From: Candidatus Melainabacteria bacterium 17Bon1m
GTDB lineage: Bacteria > Cyanobacteriota > Vampirovibrionia > Obscuribacterales > Obscuribacteraceae
Direction: 5' to 3'
Assembly: GCA_032128875.1 (NCBI GenBank)
Contig: JAVLKG010000002.1
Location: 288,001 to 352,000, forward strand
DNA length: 64,000 bases
Positions within the stretch are counted from its first letter, which is position 1; each line of letters opens with the position of its first letter. Both the position numbers and the translations under genes were made by a program. Below the pieces are notes generated by a model. It saw only the letters and a program-made list of their open reading frames with translations, was not told the DNA's origin and did not search any database. Positions 19,855-30,591 of the stretch are shown in pieces.

Positions 19855-21600
19855 TTACAGCGGTGAATTTACACGCTTTTCCAGCTCATCGAGAGCCTTG
19901 AGTCTATCCCCGAAAACCTGCCCGGGTAGCAGTCTCTGGCGCTTAAGTCGGCGCCTGGCGGCTTCGGCTTGCACTTGTATACGAATGTTGTCGGCGGCAC
20001 CAAACCATGAGCCTGCTAGATAGGCAATCTGTCCATCCACCGTGACCGGAAAGTTAGCTCGAGTATTTCGCGGGTATCGAAATCCGGCAACCATGAGTCC
20101 GACACCGTTTGCGATTTTGGTTTGACCAACGATTTGGGCGCTGGCGACATTTTGAGTGGCGGTTCTTTGACCTGCTCTGATCTCCTGGAGCCCAAGTTCG
20201 AAAGCTTTCTTGCGGCACAGGTCTTCGGTTTCATACAATTCCATTCTGTCTTCGCAGGCCAACATCGGCGCATTGCCATACTGTCTGTGCCGCAGGAGTG
20301 CGTTGCGCAGTAGCTTTGTGTCTTTCTCGAAGGCGTCTAGATCTTGTCTTTCGGTGTTGCCGAATTCGCGGTTCAATTTCTTGCGCGTTTGATATTCCAT
20401 TAGTTTGCCCAAACCTCTCGAGACAATTGGGTTGAGCGCGATCATGGCACCCGAGGTTGCTACGCAAATTCCGTTTGGACCGGCAAGTGTCGGATTTCTA
20501 TTTGCCTGTCCGAGGATACCGAGCAAATTGCCCGGCCAACCCACGCTGCATTTGAGGAAGTCGCCCACGTAGAGCGAATTCTGCACCGTGCGGAAACGCG
20601 CGATATTGATATGAAAGTGTCTGTATTCATCGAAAGTCAGGTTGCATATATCCCTAAGAACTTTGCCCTCCAAGCGCAATACTTCTCTTTGAGTAGGCAT
20701 CATCAAAACGCTTTCTACCAGCTGCTCTCGCTCATTCAGGAGGTCCTTCAATTCTTGACGCATTGCAGCGGCCTTTTTTAGTGCAGTGGCGCGGTCGAAA
20801 CCGTGCTTTTTAGCTTGTTGCGAGTGATAGTAATTGATTCCTAGCTCGGTAAGAGCTCCCAGCGAACCTATTTGTTGACCAATCATTTGTGAGGCGAGCG
20901 CCGTTTCGATGGCTCGTCTATTTAAAGGTCTCGGTTTTGCGACCACTTGTCCGGTTTTATTGTTGATTGTGCGGGTTGTGTTGGCGATAGAGCGCTCGCG
21001 CGCAACCACCTGACCTAAAAGCCCGGCTCCCGTCATAACCACGCTGGTCTCTTGTGACAGGAAATATCTCAGTCCGCGCCAGCGCCCCTGGACGTTTGCT
21101 TCTTGGCGAAAGCGCACGTTGAATTTCGCAAACGCGATTTCTTTGCTCAGAATTTTGCAGTTGAGGTCGTGGACTTTCGCCTCGAAGTCCGGATCTCCAG
21201 CTATTTCGTCGATGCCTTCATCATCGTTTATCTGAGGCACCTGTTGGGCTCTCTCCAGCACTTCGGATTTTGATTCCGAGGAAATTGGTGGTGAAGCCGA
21301 CGGAGACGGCGACGGAAGAACTTGTGTTTGCCCGGCTGGGCCACGTGGGGATGCTGCGCCCGGAGTTGCATCTTCCGGCGCGCGGTCTGCCGGCATCTCT
21401 TGAGTCTCGGTCTGCAAGAAAGGAGGAACGTCCGCAATGACTGGCGAAACGGAAGGCGCAAATTGATTCGAATATGTGGGCGTTTCGCATATACCAGGTT
21501 GGCATGGCAGTGTCACCAGCGCTGTAAGCGCCGTTGATATTGCAAAAATCTTGGTCCCCTTTGCCATGCTTCCTGTCTGTCTCGGCTGGCGGTTTCGCAT
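19855..21600 (-). CDS. Hypothetical exported protein (Pro-rich N terminus, helical body)
   Basis: 581-aa ORF, signal-peptide-like start, no recognised family. Confidence 0.7.
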   Translation of the reverse strand: MRNRQPRQTGSMAKGTKIFAISTALTALVTLPCQPGICETPTYSNQFAPSVSPVIADVPPFLQTETQEMPADRAPEDATPGAASPRGPAGQTQVLPSPSPSASPPISSESKSEVLERAQQVPQINDDEGIDEIAGDPDFEAKVHDLNCKILSKEIAFAKFNVRFRQEANVQGRWRGLRYFLSQETSVVMTGAGLLGQVVARERSIANTTRTINNKTGQVVAKPRPLNRRAIETALASQMIGQQIGSLGALTELGINYYHSQQAKKHGFDRATALKKAAAMRQELKDLLNEREQLVESVLMMPTQREVLRLEGKVLRDICNLTFDEYRHFHINIARFRTVQNSLYVGDFLKCSVGWPGNLLGILGQANRNPTLAGPNGICVATSGAMIALNPIVSRGLGKLMEYQTRKKLNREFGNTERQDLDAFEKDTKLLRNALLRHRQYGNAPMLACEDRMELYETEDLCRKKAFELGLQEIRAGQRTATQNVASAQIVGQTKIANGVGLMVAGFRYPRNTRANFPVTVDGQIAYLAGSWFGAADNIRIQVQAEAARRRLKRQRLLPGQVFGDRLKALDELEKRVNSPL

Positions 21601-21658
21601 TTATCAGCCGAGCCTAAGTGTATAGCTTCAAATAGAAAAGCTCACCAGGGCAAACTTC

Positions 21659-21699
21659 AAAAAACAGAGGGTCCGAATTTCTCGAGAAATTCGGACCCT
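21659..21699 (-). terminator. Perfect 32-bp palindrome with minus-strand U-tract (intrinsic terminator-like)
   Basis: agggtccgaatttctcgagaaattcggaccct (21668-21699) is its own reverse complement; minus strand continues ctgtttttt. Confidence 0.7.
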
Positions 21700-21865
21700 G
21701 AAGATAGTAGTAAGTAGGAAGGCTTAAGATTCAATTATTGCCGAATCTTCCCTTGTCAACCATTTGTGATACCGATAATGGTGTCATTCAATATGTAAGC
21801 TGATGGCATTTTATTTGTCTTGATCAACGTTTTTGCAACGTCCTGCATAGGTTGCAGAGTTCATT

Positions 21866-21931
21866 TAGATCGCGAATAGATCTCGAAAAGATCTCGACCA
21901 GACTTTGAATAGATTTGTATTGGATCTTGAC
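21866..21931. repeat. Six degenerate 11-bp direct repeats, consensus about tAGATCTcGAa
   Basis: tagatcgcgaa/tagatctcgaa/aagatctcgac/cagactttgaa/tagatttgtat/tggatcttgac. Confidence 0.7.
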
Positions 21932-22291
21932 CGTATAGACGCTCTGCGGACTTGCGAGCGGTGAGAACGCGCTTGTGATGCAGGCACCACTTGCGTGTTC
22001 GTGACACCATACATATGATCCTTATCGACTGTGGTCTACGGTGTGGTGGCACCATTGTTAGTGTCACTCGGATCGCTAGGCACCATATATGAGGGCGTGT
22101 CATTTTTTATCAGTGGTGGCAATATGGTGGCGATCGATTTTATGCTGGGCAATGTTTTCAATATTCGTCGGCAAATGCGTCTCTGGAAACGTTCACAGGG
22201 CTATCGATACAGGGATTTCAATCGACAGATGTGGGTGATTGAATCTGGTATCAAATACGAACCTATATATAAGGATGTGGAATTCGAGATG

Positions 22292-22327
22292 AAAAAAAAC
22301 TCCGCTCGATTTGAGCGGAGTTTTTTT
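22292..22327. terminator. Bidirectional intrinsic terminator
   Basis: A8-ctccgctc-gattt-gagcggag-T7. Confidence 0.85.
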
Positions 22328-22343
22328 AGTATCGAGGTTGTCC

Positions 22344-22715
22344 TCAGTGGGCTTGTCGCCCCGCCCGTGGTATCAACTTGGACCAATCTGCTCCTAGCTG
22401 ACCTATAAAGGCGTGAGCATCGAGAACGTCGTCATAGCTGATTGGTGCACGATTATGGAGTTTTTCGATATCTTTTTTGGTCCAATCGTGCGGAACTTTG
22501 GGACGCTCTTTTTGATTTCGCGGAGCTGTGCCGACAATTGCGACACCTAGCGGTTTGCTGCATGTATGGCACGTGACACGCACCACCAATACACCGGGCT
22601 CCTCGCGCAGTAACTGTATTCCTTCAGACGCAAATGGGTGTGCACAAAAACGACAGAACTTCTGTTGGAAGTATTCCTGGATTGCCTGGAATCCCCCAGC
22701 TTGGTACTGACCCAT
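22344..22715 (-). CDS. Small putative zinc-binding protein
   Basis: CRFC...CHTC pair; followed directly by a terminator. Confidence 0.7.
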   Translation of the reverse strand: MGQYQAGGFQAIQEYFQQKFCRFCAHPFASEGIQLLREEPGVLVVRVTCHTCSKPLGVAIVGTAPRNQKERPKVPHDWTKKDIEKLHNRAPISYDDVLDAHAFIGQLGADWSKLIPRAGRQAH

Positions 22716-23017
22716 GGATGACCGCCGCTTCTAGTAGTTTGGTATCGAGTGATACCATGATTTGCTAACCAAACAGACCACAATGTGAGTGGGAATCGAG
22801 CCTTCCGCGAAGGAAGACGGGATGCCCCGTGAAGAAAATTATACTAAAGGCCAGATCTCTTTGAGGATGAAAACGAAAAATTTTCTGTGCAAAAAAAGCG
22901 AAAAATTCTGATAAACACGGACGCTACAATAAAGCCCTGATGGTCTTGTGGTTGCCCGGTAAGGAATCAGAGAGTATCAGAAGGTATCAGAAAGTAAATG
23001 GATAGCAACGACGTTAG

Positions 23018-24352
<1,335 letters not shown>

Positions 24353-24427
24353 ACACGGTTAAGCGATCATGGATAAGTGATCACGCTAACTGATCGCAGT
24401 TAAGTGTTTACGGGATATTGAAAGTAC

Positions 24428-24461
24428 AAAAACGATCGGTCTGAATGACCGATCGTTTTTT
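24428..24461. terminator. Bidirectional terminator downstream of eno
   Basis: aaaaacgatcggtc-tgaat-gaccgatcgtttttt. Confidence 0.85.
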
Positions 24462-24483
24462 ACGCCTACACTTTTAAATGAAC

Positions 24484-25197
24484 TTACTTCTTCTCTTTCA
24501 GGTTTTTGCACATGCCATCTGCATCTGAAATTCTGTAGAGAACTGACGTTGTCCGGTATCTTCCGACATACTGACCGTCAATATATTGATCGATATAGCT
24601 TTTGGATATCATTTGGTTTTCGGAGACACGAGTGAAGTCGTCTCTCGAACGTGCAGCCCAAGCTCCTTGCACTCCGTCGGCCCAGTAATAATTGGTGCGG
24701 TCGACGCGGGCCTTATCGGCGCTAAAGCTGACCTGGCTGGCTTCGGCTTCTGTCCAGCCTGGTTGTGCCCACGATGCGACAGTACGTCCATCTGGCGCAT
24801 GTTTGAAAGATATTTCAGAAATACTTTTTTGACCCGGCAGAATAGTGGATACGCCTGAGTCGACAACCGTCGTTTCGCAGCGCCAGATTCCGGCAAAAGT
24901 CGCTGGGAATGAGTTAGGTATAGAAGAAACGCTGAGCTTATGTTCACTTACAGAGACGGTAGGTTGGCTGACAGCCATCTCTTCGGCATGTCCGTGCAAC
25001 ATAGTGGCTGCAGAAGCAGCAGTAAAAACACCAGTAACGGCGAAAGCGACCGTCAAAGACATAGCGCTAGTCAAAACTGTCTGAATCTTACGATTGAGTC
25101 TCAGTACAGCGCGAAGTTTGAAGGTATGCCTGGTTGCCATAAGATTGCCTAGTGTTTCGAAAAATGAGTTCTCTACACTCTCTACTTTCCACATCAT
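24484..25197 (-). CDS. Hypothetical exported beta-rich protein (start uncertain)
   Basis: Hydrophobic signal-like segment ending ASA-A, then aromatic beta-strand-like body. Confidence 0.6.
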   Translation of the reverse strand: MMWKVESVENSFFETLGNLMATRHTFKLRAVLRLNRKIQTVLTSAMSLTVAFAVTGVFTAASAATMLHGHAEEMAVSQPTVSVSEHKLSVSSIPNSFPATFAGIWRCETTVVDSGVSTILPGQKSISEISFKHAPDGRTVASWAQPGWTEAEASQVSFSADKARVDRTNYYWADGVQGAWAARSRDDFTRVSENQMISKSYIDQYIDGQYVGRYRTTSVLYRISDADGMCKNLKEKK

Positions 25198-25299
25198 ATG
25201 TCTGGATTAACCCATCAGTACGAAAGTTCCGGGTTCGATCAGAATTATTAAGATTTCCTCTTGGCAATTCTTTGAGAGAATGAAGATTACAGGTGGTAG

Positions 25300-26658
<1,359 letters not shown>

Positions 26659-26742
26659 GAATGACCCTGGGTTTTTCTCGCGAAATATTCATCTGCAGAG
26701 TTGAACCGCAAAATTGAACTCAAGAGTTCAATGACAAAATTC

Positions 26743-26776
26743 AAGAGCCGCCATCTTTATAGTTGGCGGCTCTTTT
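26743..26776 (+). terminator. Intrinsic terminator after ahcY
   Basis: aagagccgcca-N10-tggcggctctttt. Confidence 0.8.
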
Positions 26777-26830
26777 GATTCTTATAAAAACCAGTTTTTA
26801 AGAGGATCTTCGAATGTTCGATCTGGTCGT

Positions 26831-27559
26831 CTAATTGATTTTTTGGAACATGTATCCGATACCGCGCGCGGTGAGGATCAAATCCGGGTTGGATGAATCC
26901 TCTTCTAATTTAGAACGCAAACGGCTGATGTGAACGTCAACTACACGAGTGTCGATTCTGTGATCAGGTGGATACGCCCAAACTTGTTGCAGAATTTCGC
27001 TTCTCGAATAAGGCTTGCCGGAGTTGGTGACAAGCAATTCCAGAAGGCTGAATTCCATACCAGTCAAGCGGATGCGTTCGTTCTTTCTGGTCACTTGACG
27101 CTTATTTAAATCAATTTTCAGATTGCCGATCGTGATTACATTAGAGCTCTTGGATTGGCTCGTATCTTGATGGCGCTCAACCGTACGGCGCAATACTGCT
27201 TTTATACGTGCTTCCAATTCGCTCGGACTGAAAGGCTTGACCACATAGTCGTCAGCACCAATTTCCAGACCTTGTATTCTATTGGAAACATCAGCAACTG
27301 CAGTAAGCATGATGATTGGCGTATCAGAAGTCTTGCGAATTTCGCGGCAGACTTCATAGCCATCCAGCTTGGGAAGCATCACGTCTAGTATCACGAGATC
27401 CGGTTGGAAACTGTTGAATTGCTCTAGTGCTTCTTGACCATCGGCTGCGGTAGCTACGTTGTAGCCTGCCAATTTAAGCCGTGTTTCAAGGATTCGTCTG
27501 ATCGAAGCCTCGTCATCTACAACGAGGACCTTTTCCTGTTCGCTGCTGTTCTCAACCAC
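26831..27559 (-). CDS. rpaB: OmpR-family response regulator, RpaB/Ycf27 orthologue
   Basis: KVLVVDDEASIRRILETRL, RIRLTGMEFSLLELLV, DTRVVDVHISRLRSKLE..NPDLILTARGIGY, as in cyanobacterial RpaB. Confidence 0.88.
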   Translation of the reverse strand: MVENSSEQEKVLVVDDEASIRRILETRLKLAGYNVATAADGQEALEQFNSFQPDLVILDVMLPKLDGYEVCREIRKTSDTPIIMLTAVADVSNRIQGLEIGADDYVVKPFSPSELEARIKAVLRRTVERHQDTSQSKSSNVITIGNLKIDLNKRQVTRKNERIRLTGMEFSLLELLVTNSGKPYSRSEILQQVWAYPPDHRIDTRVVDVHISRLRSKLEEDSSNPDLILTARGIGYMFQKIN

Positions 27560-28195
27560 TTATGTGTCTCTCTGAATTGGTAAACCGGGTCTGCTGGAAT
27601 GCAGGCTCAATAGTCAACAGGAGCGTCCAATATTTTTTGTCTAATTGACCGGCGTGAATGCAAAAGGCCGCCGGATATACCGCCCTGCCATTCGTGAGTA
27701 TATAACATTTAGCTGATCGCTGGTGAGGTGATTATCATCGAGGCCGATCCGCATATCGCACACACTTCGAATCTGCCAGCCTGTCTGCGCTTTGATGTCA
27801 TGCCAAGAGTGCCGAAAATAGGGAGTTTTTACGTAGATTTTGCAAACACTTACGTGCATCCTACATGTGGTGGCAGAGGTGGCTTTCCTACCCATCCTTG
27901 CAGCGTTTCGTGCAGCTTGACATTCCAGTGGTGCGCCACCATCTGCGGTTGTCAATGTCATCAAGCAACATCATTTTAAGAGGACTAAAAGCCTGCATTC
28001 ATCTTGCTTTCGCTGGATAATTTAAATTGAAGTTTTTGCACGAAAAAACGCCCTTAACGCCATGAAAAAAGATTCGTGCAACCCCCCCCGCCACGTGTTA
28101 AGCTTCTAGCCGAGTAGGTATAGTACTAGCTACTAACAACGACGGCTCCCGAAAAAAATCGGCACAGGGAGCGGGACTTGAAAGAGGGAGAGTGT

Positions 28196-30532
28196 ATGAA
28201 GAAGCCCCAGTTGAGCTTGGCACTAAGCGTTTCGGTAGCGCTTGCGCAGGCGAGTTTACTAACGGCGCAGGCGGCGCCTTCGGCCAGCATCTGGCAGAAG
28301 ATGTCCCAAGCACCGGCGAAGAGTGCTGTGCACGCACCAGTGCAAGCAACCGCGAAAGCGAAGGTCGCGACACGTACTAATAAAGTGTCGACGCCAGCCG
28401 CAAAAAATCAAAATGTTGCTTTAAAGACGACCGCCAACGCTGACGGTCAAGCAATGCTTTTCTTGATGGGCAAGAACAAGCAGACCGGCGGAAGCGTAGC
28501 TCCTGCTGCTGCTCTCACCATACATCCTCAAGTGTCGCAAGACGCAGCTGCTGAAGTTAGCACTGCCGGTGACACCAGTGAAGAAAATTTGGTAGCGGTC
28601 AATAACGCCGCCGGCGAACTGCCACAAGCAGCAGCTCCGGCAGTAGCTTCCAAATCCTTATTCACGATGCTCGCTCCGGATCGTCCGGCTGTAGCTCAGG
28701 GTGATGTACAGGTGACGCCGATACCACCTGTGGTTACAGGCACCGTTGACCTCGAAGAATTTAAATCAACCAACATTCTCGACCTCAAAGTTTCGCAGTC
28801 CCGCACTTTCAAGTTGAAGAACAAAATTGTCCGTACCTCTATAAGCGATCCTTCGATTGCTGAACCAGTAGTTGTATCGGAAAACCAAATTGTTCTTCTC
28901 GGTAAAGCTCCTGGTGGCGCGACCCTGGTTCTCTGGGATGACGCTGGCAACTCTGCCGCTATCGACCTTCGCGTCGCTCGCGACTACAACCAGTTGCAAG
29001 CAACTTTGAGAGAAGTTGATCCTCGCATCATCGTCAAAGCATTCTCAGTCGGCGGCAGTGATCGCGTGATTCTGCTAGGCGATGTTGACAATGCCGAATC
29101 AATTATTAGAGCGTTCGGCGCGGCCAACATATATATGGATGACCGCGGCATGAACATTCAGGTTGCCAATAGCCGCATCTTGAACGCAAGACCGGGCGAA
29201 TTGGCTAACACTGGTACCGGCGGTACTGGTGGTCAAGCTGGTCAGTTGGCTCAGCTGGCTTCCGTCGACAAATATGTTTACTTCCCGAACTTGAATAACA
29301 ACGTTGCTCGTGCTCAAGCGATCACCAGTGACGGTGGACGCGTAACTAGCTTGGTCAAAGTTCGCAAGACTCCACTTATCGCATTGCACGTCAGCTTCAT
29401 GGAGTTGAACTCCACCGCTGTTAGAGAATTGGCAATGCAGTTAGGTGTCGGCGTAACCAGCAACACGTTCTCGTTTGCAGTAGGCGGTAATAACTCGACT
29501 GGCAACTCGATTCTCGGCACATTGCCTGGTTTCAACCAAACTGGAATCACAGGTGTAAATGCATTGCAGTCTGCAGGCGGTACAACTGTTCCGATTAACT
29601 ATGGTTGGGGCAACCAAGCACTGACATTCATCAGTAGTAACTCTGCTTCTCCAGAAGCGACAACCGCATTGGGTCAAGGTATACCGCTGTCGCCAACTGC
29701 TTTGCTGCAAGGCGCAAACCTTTTTGGTACACCTGGTGGTTCTCAGTTCATCTCGTCTGATCAAGCGAACGTTTTTACTGCCTTGTCTAACTTCGCAGTA
29801 GGCGACAGAACTAGAGTTTCAATCAACCCGACCTTCCAAGGCGTAATCGGCCACTCCAGAGCAAGATTGCTAGCGGAGCCAACGCTCGTATCAATTTCCG
29901 GCGAACGTGCTTCGTTCCTCGCTGGTGGTGAAATTCCGATTCTGCAATCGTTGGCTGCAGCCGGTGCCGCACAACAATCAGTTGTATTCGAACCATTCGG
30001 CGTTCGCCTCAACTGCATTCCGGTTCTCATGGAAAGCGGCTCAATCAACCTTCAAGTATCACCAGAAGTTAGACTGCTGAACCCAGCGCTCGGTATCTCG
30101 ATTCCGTTCACAACTACATCTATCATTCCTGGTTTCACCACCAGAAAGACTCAGACGATTGTTGAAATGAAGCCGGGTCAAGAGTTGTATATCTCTGGAT
30201 TGCTCAGCAGCAACAACGGTCGCGATATCACCAAAACTCCTATCTACGGCGAAATCCCGGTACTGGGCGCTCTTTACAGATCAAAGGCGTTCTCAAAGAA
30301 CGAAAGCGAACTGGTTATTGCAATCAGACCCGAAATCATCTTGCCAGGAACCCCTGGACAGCTGAAGTTGCCGGAAGAAATTGGTCGTGTTGAAGGACCT
30401 CGCGATATCAACATGTTCCAAGTTGAACCGACAATCATCGACGAAAGACATTACTCGTCCGGTCGCGCGGAGCGTCACCAAAAGACATCTCCGACATTGC
30501 CTGAAGGCGCACCGATTCCGGATAGCAATTAG
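28196..30532 (+). CDS. Tad/Flp pilus-type secretin (CpaC/RcpA-like), copy 1
   Basis: Pilus-formation N-domain (ISDPSIAEPVVV..LLGKAPGGATLVLWD); secretin motifs LAEPTLVSISGERASFLAGGEIP, PFGVRL, LGALYRS..ESELVI. Confidence 0.88.
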   Translation: MKKPQLSLALSVSVALAQASLLTAQAAPSASIWQKMSQAPAKSAVHAPVQATAKAKVATRTNKVSTPAAKNQNVALKTTANADGQAMLFLMGKNKQTGGSVAPAAALTIHPQVSQDAAAEVSTAGDTSEENLVAVNNAAGELPQAAAPAVASKSLFTMLAPDRPAVAQGDVQVTPIPPVVTGTVDLEEFKSTNILDLKVSQSRTFKLKNKIVRTSISDPSIAEPVVVSENQIVLLGKAPGGATLVLWDDAGNSAAIDLRVARDYNQLQATLREVDPRIIVKAFSVGGSDRVILLGDVDNAESIIRAFGAANIYMDDRGMNIQVANSRILNARPGELANTGTGGTGGQAGQLAQLASVDKYVYFPNLNNNVARAQAITSDGGRVTSLVKVRKTPLIALHVSFMELNSTAVRELAMQLGVGVTSNTFSFAVGGNNSTGNSILGTLPGFNQTGITGVNALQSAGGTTVPINYGWGNQALTFISSNSASPEATTALGQGIPLSPTALLQGANLFGTPGGSQFISSDQANVFTALSNFAVGDRTRVSINPTFQGVIGHSRARLLAEPTLVSISGERASFLAGGEIPILQSLAAAGAAQQSVVFEPFGVRLNCIPVLMESGSINLQVSPEVRLLNPALGISIPFTTTSIIPGFTTRKTQTIVEMKPGQELYISGLLSSNNGRDITKTPIYGEIPVLGALYRSKAFSKNESELVIAIRPEIILPGTPGQLKLPEEIGRVEGPRDINMFQVEPTIIDERHYSSGRAERHQKTSPTLPEGAPIPDSN

Positions 30533-30591
30533 GCACGGGAGAGAAATAAACAATGCAAGGTATTTTGAGGCAGAAAAAAAGGGAGAGTGTT

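Noticed and set aside
21700..21725. DnaA-trio-like TAG repeats as a definitive oriC unwinding element
   Set aside because: No adjacent consensus DnaA box, and the flank is a stable hairpin rather than an AT-rich tract; kept only as a weak alternative.
22031..22408. 125-aa plus-strand ORF (and 21861-22103 minus-strand ORF) in the long intergenic region
   Set aside because: The first runs through a bidirectional terminator and overlaps the zinc-binding gene; neither has an evident RBS or protein-like motifs.
25225..25245. GGGTTCGATC T-loop-like sequence
   Set aside because: No T-stem or acceptor stem; not a tRNA.
28082..28089. C8 tract upstream of the secretins as a phase-variation switch
   Set aside because: Short, and it does not lie between identifiable -35 and -10 elements.
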